Assembly (NCBI RefSeq): GCF_000023205.1
Contig: NC_012803.1
Coordinates: forward strand, 870,001 to 902,000
Origin: Micrococcus luteus NCTC 2665
GTDB taxonomy: Bacteria > Actinomycetota > Actinomycetes > Actinomycetales > Micrococcaceae
Direction: 5' to 3'
Length of the DNA: 32,000 nt
The number at the start of each line of letters is the position of its first letter. Position 1 is the stretch's first letter. This document shows, one piece after another, positions 1 to 10,564 of this stretch. The notes under the pieces were generated by a model, which was not told the origin of the DNA, did no database searches, and saw only the letters and a program-made list of their open reading frames with translations. The translations under genes were made by a program, and so were the position numbers.

Positions 1-731
1 CGCACGAGCACCTGCGGGACCGCGGGTTCACCGCGCCGGGGCTGCACCTGCGCGCCGTGAACCGGATCCCGCACGCCCGCGGGCTCGGCTCGTCCGCGGC
101 CGCCGTCGTCGCGGCCTACGCCGCGGCCGAGGCCCTGCTGCCGGCCGCGCTGCGCCGGGCGCCCGCGGACCTGCTCGAGGCAGCCACCCGCTTCGAGGGG
201 CACCCGGACAACGTCGCCCCCGCGCTCGTGGGCGGGGCCACCGTCTCCTGGACCCGCGGGCCGCGATGAGGGAGGACTTGCCGGCTGCGGCTGCACGAGC
301 GCGTGGTGCCGGTGGTCGCGATCCCGGACACCGAGCTGTCCACCCACGTCGCCCGGGGCGTGCTGCCCGCCGAGGTGCCCCACGCCGCGGCGGCGGCCCA
401 GGCCGGCCGTGCCGCGCTGCTCGTCCACGCGCTGGCGGAGGACCCCGCGCTGCTGCTGGCCGCCACGCGGGACTGGCTGCACCAGGAGCCGCGCGCCGTG
501 GCCATGCCGGCCAGCGCCGCACTGGTCGCGGGGCTGCGCGAGCGCGGCCATGCCGCCGTCGTCTCCGGCGCAGGTCCCACGGTGCTCGCGCTGTGCGACG
601 GCGTCCAGGCGGCCGAGCACGCCGCGGAGGCTGCGCGTGCTCTGACGGCAGACGGGGCGGCCTCCTGGCGCGTGCTGGTGCCGTGCGTGGCCGTGGACGG
701 TGTTAGGGTGGAATCACTCCACCACGGCTGA
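1..731 (+). pseudogene. thrB: Homoserine kinase ThrB; 5' end lies outside the window and the frame is interrupted by an in-frame TGA at 267-269
   Basis: The frame starting at nt 3 reads ...LRAVNRIPHARGLGSSAAAVVAAY (GHMP-kinase motif), then FEGHPDNVAPALVGGATVSWTRGPR, then TGA. The same frame continues GRTCRLRLHERVVPVVAIPD...WLHQEPRA...VVSGAGPTVLAL to TGA at 729-731. Both halves are in one frame (57 and 303 are both 0 mod 3). Confidence 0.75.
701..709 (+). promoter_or_regulatory. Candidate extended -10 promoter (TGT-TAGGGT) inside the thrB 3' end, feeding the rho leader
   Basis: TGTTAGGGT matches TGn-TANNNT. It lies in a locally AT-richer stretch with rare codons (GTT AGG GTG GAA TCA). I found no other TA dinucleotide between 732 and 1051, so no alternative TANNNT box exists in the leader. 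Confidence 0.3.
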
Positions 732-747
732 CCCCACCGCCTCGCGC

Positions 748-772
748 GGCCCGGGTCTCCGGTGCCCGGGCC
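748..772 (+). terminator. GC hairpin downstream of thrB (GGCCCGGG-N9-CCCGGGCC), a possible factor-independent or attenuator structure
   Basis: Perfect 8-bp inverted repeat 17 nt after the thrB stop. There is no T-tract, which is common in actinobacteria. Confidence 0.3.
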
Positions 773-932
773 AGTGACGGCCGGACGCACCGAGCGCCGT
801 CGGCCGGAACCCCGCCGCGATCCATCCCGTGCTGCGCACGGCCGGCGTGCGGGACCCCTTCCGGCTCGGTCGAGTCCGGACGCCTCCGCCCCGTCACGCA
901 GCGACTGCGCACGATCAGGGGAGGCGCCACTG

Positions 933-1051
933 ATGAGTTCACACCATGAAACCCGGTTTTCTGGGGCGCCGCTGCGCGGCCCGACCGGATGCACACCGCA
1001 GCCCGACGCGCCACGCGCCGCCGGGCCGCATTCGAGGGAGAAGGAACCTTC

Positions 1052-1055
<4 letters not shown>
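933..1055 (+). CDS. Candidate rho leader peptide (40 aa, MSSHHETRFSGAPLRGPTGCTPQPDAPRAAGPHSREKEPS)
   Basis: GGGGAGG (918-924) sits 8 nt before ATG 933. The stop TGA at 1053-1055 overlaps the rho GTG at 1052-1054 (GTGA). Third-position GC is only about 69%, with rare codons AGT, TCA, CAT, TTT and TCT near the start. Confidence 0.3.
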
Positions 1056-3190
<2,135 letters not shown>

Positions 3191-3205
3191 CCGTCCCGTC
3201 GCACG

Positions 3206-3247
3206 GCCCCGTCCCGCCGGGGGGAGCTCGTCTCCGCCGGACGGGGC
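3206..3247 (+). terminator. Candidate stem-loop after rho
   Basis: GCCCCGTCC (3206-3214) pairs with GGACGGGGC (3239-3247), a 9-bp stem, 16 nt after the rho stop. There is no T-tract. Confidence 0.3.
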
Positions 3248-3305
3248 GGGGCCGTCCGCATCGGACAGCCCGGCCCCCTGAGGCCGGAGGAGGAGAGGCA
3301 CGCAC

Positions 3306-4415
3306 GTGTTCGATTCGGAGCAGCGGCGCGAGGCCGTGGATCGGCTCCTGGCGGAGCATCGCGAGCTGACGGCGCGCCTGTCCGACCCGGCGGTGCACCA
3401 GGACCCGGCACTCGCCCGCCGGCTGAACCGGCGGTTCGCCGAGCTCGGTGCCGTGGTGACGGCCCACCGCGCCTGGTCGGCGGCCGCGGAGGAGCTGGCC
3501 GACGCGCGGGAGCTGGCCGCGGCCGGCGATGACGACGCGGCGGCCTTCGCGGCCGAGGTGCCCGGTCTGGAGGCGGCCGAGGCGGAGGCCGCCGAACGGC
3601 TGCGCCGGCTGCTGATCCCGCGCGACCCCGACGACGCCCGCGACGTGATCCTCGAGATCAAGGGCGGCGAGGGCGGCGAGGAGGCCGCCCTGTTCGCCGG
3701 CGACCTGCTGCGCATGTACCTGCGCTACGCCGACTCCCGGGGCTGGAAGACGGAGGTCCTCTCCGCCACGCACTCCGACCTGGGCGGCTACAAGGACGTC
3801 CACGTGGCGGTGCGGGGGAGCGCGGCCGACCCGGCCGACGGCGTCTACGCCCGGCTCAAGTTCGAGGGCGGCGTGCACCGCGTGCAACGCGTGCCCGTCA
3901 CCGAGTCCCAGGGCCGCATCCACACCTCGGCCGCCGGCGTGCTCGTGCTGCCCGAGGTGGACGCCCCGGACGAGGTCCACCTCGATCCGAACGACCTCAA
4001 GGTGGACGTCTTCCGCTCCTCCGGGCCGGGCGGCCAGTCCGTCAACACAACCGACTCCGCGGTGCGTCTGACGCACCTGCCCACGGGGATCGTCGTCTCC
4101 ATGCAGAACGAGAAGTCCCAGATCCAGAACCGCGAGGCCGCGCTGCGCGTGCTGCGGTCGCGGCTGCTCGAGCGGCAGCGGGCGGAGCAGGACGCCGAGG
4201 ACTCCGCGGCGCGCGCCGCGCAGGTGCGCACCATGGACCGCTCGGAGCGCATCCGGACCTACAACTTCCCGGAGAACCGGATCGCGGACCACCGCACCGG
4301 CTACAAGGCGCACAACCTCGACGCGGTCCTCGACGGCGACCTCGAGGCCGTGATCGCCTCCTGCCTCGCCCTCGACGAGGAGCGGCGGCTCGCCGCGCTG
4401 GGCGGGGACGCGTGA
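3306..4415 (+). CDS. prfA: Peptide chain release factor 1
   Basis: GTG start after GGAGGAGGAGAGG. Contains the RF1 tripeptide PVT ([14 protein letters not shown]) and the GGQ motif ([24 protein letters not shown]). Confidence 0.95.
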   Translation: MFDSEQRREAVDRLLAEHRELTARLSDPAVHQDPALARRLNRRFAELGAVVTAHRAWSAAAEELADARELAAAGDDDAAAFAAEVPGLEAAEAEAAERLRRLLIPRDPDDARDVILEIKGGEGGEEAALFAGDLLRMYLRYADSRGWKTEVLSATHSDLGGYKDVHVAVRGSAADPADGVYARLKFEGGVHRVQRVPVTESQGRIHTSAAGVLVLPEVDAPDEVHLDPNDLKVDVFRSSGPGGQSVNTTDSAVRLTHLPTGIVVSMQNEKSQIQNREAALRVLRSRLLERQRAEQDAEDSAARAAQVRTMDRSERIRTYNFPENRIADHRTGYKAHNLDAVLDGDLEAVIASCLALDEERRLAALGGDA

Positions 4416-5314
4416 GCGCACCGGCCTGGTCCGCGCTGCTGCGCGAGGCCGCCGCCCGCCTGACCGCGGTGGGCATCGACTCGCCGCGCGTGGACGCCGA
4501 GCTGCTGCTGGGCCACGTACTCGGCCTCGACCGCGGCGCGCTGCTGGCCCGGGTGTTCGCCGGGGCCGTGGCCGAGCCCGCGCAGGCGGCGGGGTTCGAG
4601 GCGCTCGTCGGGCGCCGCGCCGCCCGCGAGCCCGTCCAGCACCTGACCGGCGTCGCGCACTTCCACGGGCTCGACCTGGCGGTCGGCCCGGGCGTCTTCA
4701 TCCCGCGGCCGGAGACCGAGCTGCTCGTGGAGGCCGTCGTGGCCGACCTGGCCGCGCGGCCCGCGGCGGGCGTCGTGGTGGACCTGTGCACCGGCTCCGG
4801 CGCGATCGCCGTGGCCGTCGCGGCGTGGGGCGAGGCCCGGGGCCGCCCGCTCGCCGTCACCGCCGTCGAGCTCGACCCGACGGCGGCCGACTGGGCCCGG
4901 CGGAACCTCGCCCCGCGCGGAGTCGACCTGCGACAAGGCGACGCCCTTGTCGCATGTCCTGACCTCGAGGGCCGCGTGGACGTCGTCGTGAGCAACCCGC
5001 CCTATGTGCCCGAGGCCGAGGTGCCCGCCCAGCCCGAGGCCCGACTGGACCCGGCGCGGGCGCTCTACGGCGGGGACGCGCCCGGGCTGCGGATCCCGCG
5101 GGCCATCGCGCACCGGGCGGCGGAGCTGCTCGCCCCGGACGGCCTGTTCGCCATGGAGCACCACGAGACGCAGGGCCCGGCCCTCCTGGCCGCCCTCGGC
5201 GCGGACCCCCGGTTCACGGGCGTCCGCGTGCACCCGGACCTCACCGCACGAGATCGGTTCCTGACGGCGCGCCGGTCCTGCGAAGCCGCGGCGGGCGCGG
5301 AGGTGGAAGAATGA
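4412..5314 (+). CDS. prmC: Release factor glutamine N5-methyltransferase (PrmC/HemK)
   Basis: GTGA overlap with the prfA stop. Contains the SAM-binding segment [11 protein letters not shown] and the NPPY motif ([10 protein letters not shown]). Confidence 0.9.
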   Translation: MSAPAWSALLREAAARLTAVGIDSPRVDAELLLGHVLGLDRGALLARVFAGAVAEPAQAAGFEALVGRRAAREPVQHLTGVAHFHGLDLAVGPGVFIPRPETELLVEAVVADLAARPAAGVVVDLCTGSGAIAVAVAAWGEARGRPLAVTAVELDPTAADWARRNLAPRGVDLRQGDALVACPDLEGRVDVVVSNPPYVPEAEVPAQPEARLDPARALYGGDAPGLRIPRAIAHRAAELLAPDGLFAMEHHETQGPALLAALGADPRFTGVRVHPDLTARDRFLTARRSCEAAAGAEVEE

Positions 5315-6045
5315 CCGACGTGAGTGACTTCATCGACGTCTCGGATCCGGCCGCCCTCGAGAATGCCGTGGCCCGCGCCCGCGAGGTCCTCGCGGACCGC
5401 GGCTGCGTGGTCCTGCCCACGGACACCGTCTACGGCATCGGAGCGGACGCGTTCTCCCCCCTGGCCGTGGCCGTGCTGCTGGCCGCCAAGGGCCGTGGCC
5501 GCACCATGCCGCCGCCCGTGCTCATCGCGGACCGCCGCGTCATGGCGGGCCTCGCGTACGACGTGCCGGAGGAGGCCGAGGCCCTCGCCGAGCGCTTCTG
5601 GCCCGGCGCCCTCACGCTCATCCTCAAGTCCCAGCCCACGCTGACCTGGGACCTCGGCGAGACCCGCGGCACCGTCGCCCTGCGCGTGCCCGACGACGCG
5701 GTGGCCCGCGAGCTGCTCTACGCCGTCGGCCCCATGGCCGTCTCCAGCGCGAACCGCACCGGCATGGACGCCGCCACCACCGCCGACGCCGCCCGCTCGA
5801 TGCTGGGGGAGTCCGTGGCCCTCTACCTCGACGCCGGCCCCCGCGAGAGCCGGGATCCCTCGACGATCGTGGACTGCACCGTCACCCCGTTCCGCGTGGC
5901 CCGGCAGGGCTCCGTGCCCCTGGAGGAGCTGCGCGCGGTGGTGCCGGACCTGCTCGCCGAGGGCGAGGAGCCCCCGGTCGCCGCCGAGCGGATCGCGGCC
6001 TCCGAGGACGCCGCCGCAGCGCGCCCCGCCGACCGGGAGGCCTGA
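5311..6045 (+). CDS. tsaC: L-threonylcarbamoyladenylate synthase (Sua5/YwlC/TsaC family)
   Basis: ATGA overlap with prmC. Contains LPTDTVYGIGADAF, WPGALTLIL and SANRTG, which are typical of the YrdC/Sua5 fold. Confidence 0.85.
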   Translation: MTDVSDFIDVSDPAALENAVARAREVLADRGCVVLPTDTVYGIGADAFSPLAVAVLLAAKGRGRTMPPPVLIADRRVMAGLAYDVPEEAEALAERFWPGALTLILKSQPTLTWDLGETRGTVALRVPDDAVARELLYAVGPMAVSSANRTGMDAATTADAARSMLGESVALYLDAGPRESRDPSTIVDCTVTPFRVARQGSVPLEELRAVVPDLLAEGEEPPVAAERIAASEDAAAARPADREA

Positions 6046-6054
6046 CCGGCCGCC

Positions 6055-7194
6055 ATGCGCGCGTATCTCGTCCTGGTCGTGGTCACGGCCGTCGCCTGCG
6101 GGGCCCTGACGCCCCTCATGCGCCGGCTGGGGCTGCGCGCGCGTGTGTTCACCCCGCTGCGCCAGCGGGACGTGCACCGGCACCCCGTGCCGAAACTGGG
6201 CGGCGTGGCCATGGCCGCGGCCGTGTTGGTGGGATTCGCCGCCGGGGGAGTCGTGCCGTTCCTCCAGGGGATCTACGCGGACGACGCCGCGATGCGCGGG
6301 CTCCTGGTCGCCGTCGCCGTCGTGCTCGTCGTGGGCATCGCCGACGACATGTGGGACCTGCGCTGGTGGGTGAAGCTGGCCGGCCAGGTGCTGGCCGGAC
6401 TCGCGGTGGCCCTGGGCGGGATCCGCATCGAGGCGATGCCGGTGGGCTGGATCCCGGTGGGGAACGAGACCACGCAGATCATCCTCACGGTGTTCGCCGT
6501 CGTGTTGACGATGAACGCGATCAACTTCGTGGACGGCCTGGACGGCCTGGCGGCGGGCGTCGCGCTGATCGGCGGCTCGGCCTTCTTCGTCTACTCGTAT
6601 CTGCTGACGCGGACCATCAACCAGTTCGACTACGCCAACCTCGCCACCCTGCTCATGGCCCTGCTCGTCGGCGCGTGCATGGGCTTCCTGCCGTGGAACC
6701 TGGCCCCGGCCCGCATCTTCATGGGTGAGGTGGGGGCCATGCTCATCGGCCTGCTGATGGCCGCGGCCGCGGTCGCCGTGACCGCTGACGTCAACGCCCT
6801 GGACGGGATGCGCTTCCGCAACGTCCCCGCCTACATGCCGATCCTGCTGCCCGTCGCCGTCCTCGCACTCCCGCTCGCGGACCTCGCCCTGGCCGTGCTG
6901 CGGCGGACGGCCAAGGGCACCAGCCCCTTCTCGGCGGACCGCGGGCACCTGCACCACAAGCTCGTGGACGGCGGCTACACCCAGGCGCAGGCCGTCGCGC
7001 TGCTCTGGCTCTGGGCGTTCCTCGTGGCATGGGGCGCGGTGTCCCTGAACTTCGTGGACCACATGATCGTCCTGCCCGTGCTCGCCGTGGCCCTGGCCGG
7101 AGCCGGCTACCTGACCCTGCATCCGATCGTGGAGCGCCGTCGCGCGGACCGGAACGACGCCGCGGCCCACCCGGACGAGCGGGGGGACGCGTGA
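6055..7194 (+). CDS. wecA: Polyprenyl-phosphate GlcNAc-1-phosphate transferase (WecA/Rfe, MraY-like GT4 family)
   Basis: Multi-TM protein with MNAINFVDGLDGLAAG and PARIFMGEVGAM motifs. It occupies the syntenic position of mycobacterial rfe. Confidence 0.85.
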   Translation: MRAYLVLVVVTAVACGALTPLMRRLGLRARVFTPLRQRDVHRHPVPKLGGVAMAAAVLVGFAAGGVVPFLQGIYADDAAMRGLLVAVAVVLVVGIADDMWDLRWWVKLAGQVLAGLAVALGGIRIEAMPVGWIPVGNETTQIILTVFAVVLTMNAINFVDGLDGLAAGVALIGGSAFFVYSYLLTRTINQFDYANLATLLMALLVGACMGFLPWNLAPARIFMGEVGAMLIGLLMAAAAVAVTADVNALDGMRFRNVPAYMPILLPVAVLALPLADLALAVLRRTAKGTSPFSADRGHLHHKLVDGGYTQAQAVALLWLWAFLVAWGAVSLNFVDHMIVLPVLAVALAGAGYLTLHPIVERRRADRNDAAAHPDERGDA

Positions 7195-7625
7195 CCGGGG
7201 CGGGCGGTCGCCGACGCCGGCGCCGCTGGGAGAACCGCCGTGGCTGGTGGGGGATCCTCGGGTGGTCCCTGGCCACGGCGGGTGCTGCCCTGGCGATCAC
7301 GGGCGCCGCGTGGCTGTTCTCCGCCGGCGGGGAGGCGGCCGGGAGCGCCCTGCTGGGCGGCGGCGCGGTGCTCGCGCTCTCGGCGCTCACCGGGGTGACG
7401 ACGGCACTCGTCTGGGACCGGGCGCGCGAGGCGGCGCTGCCGGTCAGCGTGGGGCTGTTCGTGCTCAAGATCGCGGTGTTCGCGGTGCTGCTGGGGGTCC
7501 TGCCCCGCCCCGGCTGGGTCCGGGCGGACGCGGCGGCGATCGCCGCCCTGGTGACGATCCTCGTCTGGCAGGCCACGGAGGTCCTCGTCTTCGCCCGGAC
7601 CCGCCACGGGATCTACACCGACTGA
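7191..7625 (+). CDS. Small 4-TM membrane protein in the AtpI position upstream of atpB
   Basis: GTGA overlap with the wecA stop. An Arg-rich N-terminus (GRRRRRRWENRRGWW) is followed by four hydrophobic segments. Confidence 0.6.
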   Translation: MTGAGGRRRRRRWENRRGWWGILGWSLATAGAALAITGAAWLFSAGGEAAGSALLGGGAVLALSALTGVTTALVWDRAREAALPVSVGLFVLKIAVFAVLLGVLPRPGWVRADAAAIAALVTILVWQATEVLVFARTRHGIYTD

Positions 7626-7704
7626 CCCGTCCGAGGGGCGAAGGAGCGGGGCCGGCGGCCGCCCCGTGGGCCCCCTTCCGCGGTATGGAGCACGGGTCAC
7701 CGTT

Positions 7705-7713
7705 TGGTATCGT
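7705..7713 (+). promoter_or_regulatory. Candidate extended -10 promoter (TGG-TATCGT) for atpBEFHAGDC
   Basis: This is the only TGn-TANNNT match in the 231-nt gap between 7626 and 7856. It would give a leader of about 135 nt before atpB. Confidence 0.3.
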
Positions 7714-7856
7714 TGGCGGCGAACACTTCGACGGCGCCCATCTGCCGCCATCCGTGTCTCGCATCGCACCGGTACCCCGCAATGTCGCGGCGCCCGCCTG
7801 TGGTCCGGGGACGAGGCTGCTGTCCCGTCGACTGCATCACTTCGGAGAGGAACCGT

Positions 7857-8657
7857 GTGCTGACCCTCGTGCTGGCCAACGCATCATTCGTGCCCCCCAC
7901 CATCTCTGATGGTCACCTCCCGGAGATCTTCCCCTGGGGTGCGGAGTACGGCACCGGCTTCGGCAAGCAGATGCTGCTCGTCCTGCTCTCCGTGGTGCTC
8001 ATCACCGCCTTCTTCGCGTGGGCCATGCGCCGTCCCCGGCTCGTGCCCGGCAAGGCCCAGTGGCTCGCCGAGTCCGGCTACTCCTTCGTCCGGAACGACA
8101 TCGCGAAGGACATCCTGGGCGAGAAGAACTTCAAGCAGTGGGTCCCGCTGCTCTTCGCCATCTTCTTCTTCGTGCTGCTGAACAACCTGTTCGGCGCCAT
8201 CCCGGTTCTGCAGCTGCCGACCTTCTCCCACGCGGGCGCCGCCTACGGCCTGGCCCTCATCGTCTACGCGATCTGGATCGGCGTCGGCATCAAGCGACAC
8301 GGCGTGCGCTACCTGAAGCTGGCCGTCGTGCCCTCGGGTGTGCCCGGCTGGATCCTGCCGCTGCTCGTGCCGCTGGAGATCATCTCCAACTTCATCGTGC
8401 GCCCGCTGACCCACTCCCTGCGTCTGATGGCCACCATGCTCTCCGGCCACATGATCGTGATGCTCGCCGGCGCCGGCGCCGCCTACCTGATCACGCAGAC
8501 CGACAGCCTGGCCCTGCAGGGCACCGGCATCCTGGTCATCCTCGGCTCGGTGGCCCTGTACTTCCTCGAGCTGCTGATCATGTACCTGCAGGCCTTCGTC
8601 TTCACGCTGCTGACCGCCATCTACATCCAGGGCGCGATCGACGCGAACGACCACTGA
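7857..8657 (+). CDS. atpB: F0F1 ATP synthase subunit a
   Basis: GTG start after GGAGAGGA. Contains the conserved PLEIISNFIVRPLTHSLRLMATMLSGH segment (essential Arg) and multiple TM helices. Confidence 0.9.
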   Translation: MLTLVLANASFVPPTISDGHLPEIFPWGAEYGTGFGKQMLLVLLSVVLITAFFAWAMRRPRLVPGKAQWLAESGYSFVRNDIAKDILGEKNFKQWVPLLFAIFFFVLLNNLFGAIPVLQLPTFSHAGAAYGLALIVYAIWIGVGIKRHGVRYLKLAVVPSGVPGWILPLLVPLEIISNFIVRPLTHSLRLMATMLSGHMIVMLAGAGAAYLITQTDSLALQGTGILVILGSVALYFLELLIMYLQAFVFTLLTAIYIQGAIDANDH

Positions 8658-8665
8658 TCTTCCGG

Positions 8666-8693
8666 GGCCGCCTCGGGCATGACCCAGGCGGCC
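8666..8693 (+). other. Intra-operon hairpin GGCCGCCT-N12-AGGCGGCC just after atpB
   Basis: Perfect 8-bp inverted repeat within the 150-nt atpB-atpE spacer. Confidence 0.3.
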
Positions 8694-8807
8694 GCGGTAC
8701 GGCGGGAGAGCCCGCCACCAGTCTTCCCGGCCCTCCGCAGGAGGACCACCCGGGAGGCCGCCCCTCCACAACCCGGCCGGACACCTCGGCCTCGTGAAAG
8801 GAACACC

Positions 8808-9023
8808 ATGGAACTGCACGGTTCGCTCAACATGATCGGCTACGGCCTCGCCGCCATCGGCTCCGCCATCGGCGTGGGCCTGATCTTCGCCGCCTACATC
8901 AACGGCGTCGCCCGTCAGCCGGAGGCCCAGCGCATCCTGCAGCCGATCGCCCTCCTGGGCTTCGCGCTCGCCGAGGCACTCGCCATCCTGGGCCTCGTCT
9001 TCGCCTTCGTCATCGGCGCCTGA
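8808..9023 (+). CDS. atpE: F0F1 ATP synthase subunit c
   Basis: ATG start after GAAAGGA. 71-aa two-helix hairpin with ARQPE in the loop and the carboxylate in [14 protein letters not shown]. Confidence 0.95.
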   Translation: MELHGSLNMIGYGLAAIGSAIGVGLIFAAYINGVARQPEAQRILQPIALLGFALAEALAILGLVFAFVIGA

Positions 9024-9037
9024 CGCGCCGCGTCCAC

Positions 9038-9070
9038 GGAGCGCCCGCACGGTGAGACCGTCGGTGCTCC
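9038..9070 (+). other. Intra-operon imperfect hairpin between atpE and atpF
   Basis: GGAGC...ACGGT-GAG-ACCGT...GCTCC: two 5-bp paired blocks separated by an internal loop. Confidence 0.25.
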
Positions 9071-9107
9071 ATCTCCACAGGACTCTTGACCGAAGGATGG
9101 TTGAAAC

Positions 9108-9662
9108 ATGATCAGCAACGGACTGATCCTTGCGGCGGCTGAGGGGGCCAACCCCCTGATCCCCAACCCGTGGGAGATCCTCGTCGTCGTGGTGGGCTTC
9201 GCCCTGCTCATGTTCATCGTCATCAAGTTCATCGTCCCGACCCTCGAGAAGTCCTACCAGGACCGTGTCGAGGCGATCGAGGGCGGTCTGGCCAAGGCTG
9301 AGAAGGCCCAGGCTGAGGCGAACGCGATGATGGCGGACTACGAGTCGCAGCTGGCGGACGCGCGCACCGAGGCGAACCGCATCCGCGAGGATGCCCGCAC
9401 CGAGGCCGCCGAGATCGTGGCCGAGGCGCGCGAGCGCGCGACCGCCGAGGCGACGCGCGTCTTCGAGCAGGCGCAGGCGCAGATCGCCGCCGAGCGTCAG
9501 CAGGCCGCCGCGCAGCTCAAGCGCGAGGTCGGCTCGCTGGCCACGACCCTGGCCGGCAAGATCGTGGGCGAGTCCCTCGAGGACGACGCCCGCTCGCAGC
9601 GCGTGGTCGACCGCTTCCTGGCTGACCTGGACCGTCACCAGAGCGCAGGTGTCGCCGAATGA
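9108..9662 (+). CDS. atpF: F0F1 ATP synthase subunit b
   Basis: A single N-terminal TM helix (ILVVVVGFALLMFIVIKFIV) followed by a long Ala/Glu/Arg-rich coiled coil. Confidence 0.9.
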   Translation: MISNGLILAAAEGANPLIPNPWEILVVVVGFALLMFIVIKFIVPTLEKSYQDRVEAIEGGLAKAEKAQAEANAMMADYESQLADARTEANRIREDARTEAAEIVAEARERATAEATRVFEQAQAQIAAERQQAAAQLKREVGSLATTLAGKIVGESLEDDARSQRVVDRFLADLDRHQSAGVAE

Positions 9663-10474
9663 TGACGGGCGCATCGAGGGACTCCCTGGCCGCCTCCCTG
9701 GAGGCCGTCGGTCCGGTGCTGGACGAGGGCGGCGTGGCCCTGGCACGCGAGCTGTTCGGCGCGCTGGACGTGGTGGACGAGCACGGCGCCCTGCGCCGGG
9801 CCCTGACCGACCCCGCCTGGACCACCGAGCGCCGTCACGGCCTCGTCGACTCGCTGTTCGGCGCCCGGGTGACCCCCGGTGCACTGCAGGTCCTCAAGGA
9901 CCTTGCCGGCCGCCGCTGGTCGGCGGAGCGCGATCTCGGGGACGCCCTCGAGACGGTGGCCGTGCACGCGGCCGCCGCTGAGGCCGCACGCGGCGGACAC
10001 GCGGGCCTGGCCGCCCTCTTGGGCGAGCTGTTGGCCTTCAACCGCACGGTGGAGGACTCGCACGAGGTGCAGCGGGCGCTCACCGATCAGCGCGCACCCC
10101 TCGAGGCACGGGCCAGACTGGCCGGTCGTCTCCTGGGCGCGTCGGCCAGTCCGGCCGGCCGACTGCTGGTCGAGCGCGCCGTCTCGGCCCCGCGCGGCCT
10201 GAAGCCGTCCGCCGCTATCCGCAAGGCCGCGGACGTCGTCGCCGAGTGGCAGCGTCTGTGGATCGCCGAGGTGGCCGTGGCCCGGCCGCTCCAGGCCGAG
10301 CAGCAGGAGCGGCTGGCCCTGGGCCTGCGCCGCGCCTTCGGCCGCGATCTCGTCATGGACGTGACAGTGGACCCCCACGTGGTGGGCGGCGTCCGCGTCC
10401 AGGTCGGCAACGACGTCGTCGACGGGTCCATGGCCTCGCGCCTTCACGACCTCCAGCGGCGGATGGCCGGCTGA
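9659..10474 (+). CDS. atpH: F0F1 ATP synthase subunit delta (OSCP), long form at 271 aa
   Basis: ATGA overlap with atpF. The C-terminus VGGVRVQVGNDVVDGSMASRL is typical of delta. The N-terminal half shows an internal duplication. Confidence 0.85.
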   Translation: MMTGASRDSLAASLEAVGPVLDEGGVALARELFGALDVVDEHGALRRALTDPAWTTERRHGLVDSLFGARVTPGALQVLKDLAGRRWSAERDLGDALETVAVHAAAAEAARGGHAGLAALLGELLAFNRTVEDSHEVQRALTDQRAPLEARARLAGRLLGASASPAGRLLVERAVSAPRGLKPSAAIRKAADVVAEWQRLWIAEVAVARPLQAEQQERLALGLRRAFGRDLVMDVTVDPHVVGGVRVQVGNDVVDGSMASRLHDLQRRMAG

Positions 10475-10516
10475 CGCCGGCCCCCGCCCGCATCCGGAAC
10501 ACCCACGAACGTAAGC

Positions 10517-10536
10517 ATCATCGTCACGTCGATGAT
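10517..10536 (+). other. Small hairpin ATCATCG-N6-CGATGAT in the atpH-atpA spacer
   Basis: Perfect 7-bp inverted repeat in an unusually AT-rich spacer. Confidence 0.25.
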
Positions 10537-10564
10537 CACCAAGCACAGAGAGCAGGGACTGCAG

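Noticed and set aside
267-330. The thrB TGA could encode selenocysteine or be a programmed recoding site.
   Set aside because: There is no convincing SECIS-like hairpin immediately downstream, only a 5-bp CCGGC/GCCGG pairing with a large loop. The position is a variable surface loop rather than a catalytic site, and homoserine kinases are not known selenoproteins.
266-706. ORFs 266-706, 303-731 and 409-645 as independent genes downstream of the thrB stop.
   Set aside because: 303-731 is simply the in-frame continuation of thrB. The other two are alternative-frame, Arg/Pro/Ala-rich artefacts.
930-952. A hammerhead-ribozyme-like core, CTGATGAG...GAAAC, in the rho leader.
   Set aside because: The sequence between CUGAUGA and GAAA (GUUCACACCAU) cannot form a credible stem II, with at most 2 weak pairs. 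No convincing stems I or III or cleavage-site context are present. The match is most likely a coincidence.
3191-3305. Absence of rpmE (L31) between rho and prfA, where it sits in mycobacteria.
   Set aside because: The 115-nt gap cannot hold it. As far as I recall the rho-rpmE-prfA arrangement is not universal in Actinobacteria, so this is more likely lineage-typical synteny than a deletion event. It cannot be judged from one window.
3303-3320. A T-loop-like GTTCGATTC string, and a second GTTCGAA string at about 16160, that might indicate tRNA genes.
   Set aside because: No acceptor, D or anticodon arms can be drawn around either string. Both lie at or in the 5' ends of protein-coding genes (prfA and the Zn-ribbon ORF).
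8679-8807. N-terminally extended versions of atpE (from 8679), atpB (from 7704), atpD (from 12693), atpA (from 10532) and rph (from 29898).
   Set aside because: The extensions are Arg/Pro-rich and non-homologous. The conserved protein N-termini coincide with internal ATG or GTG codons that have an SD or a -10 box at the correct distance.
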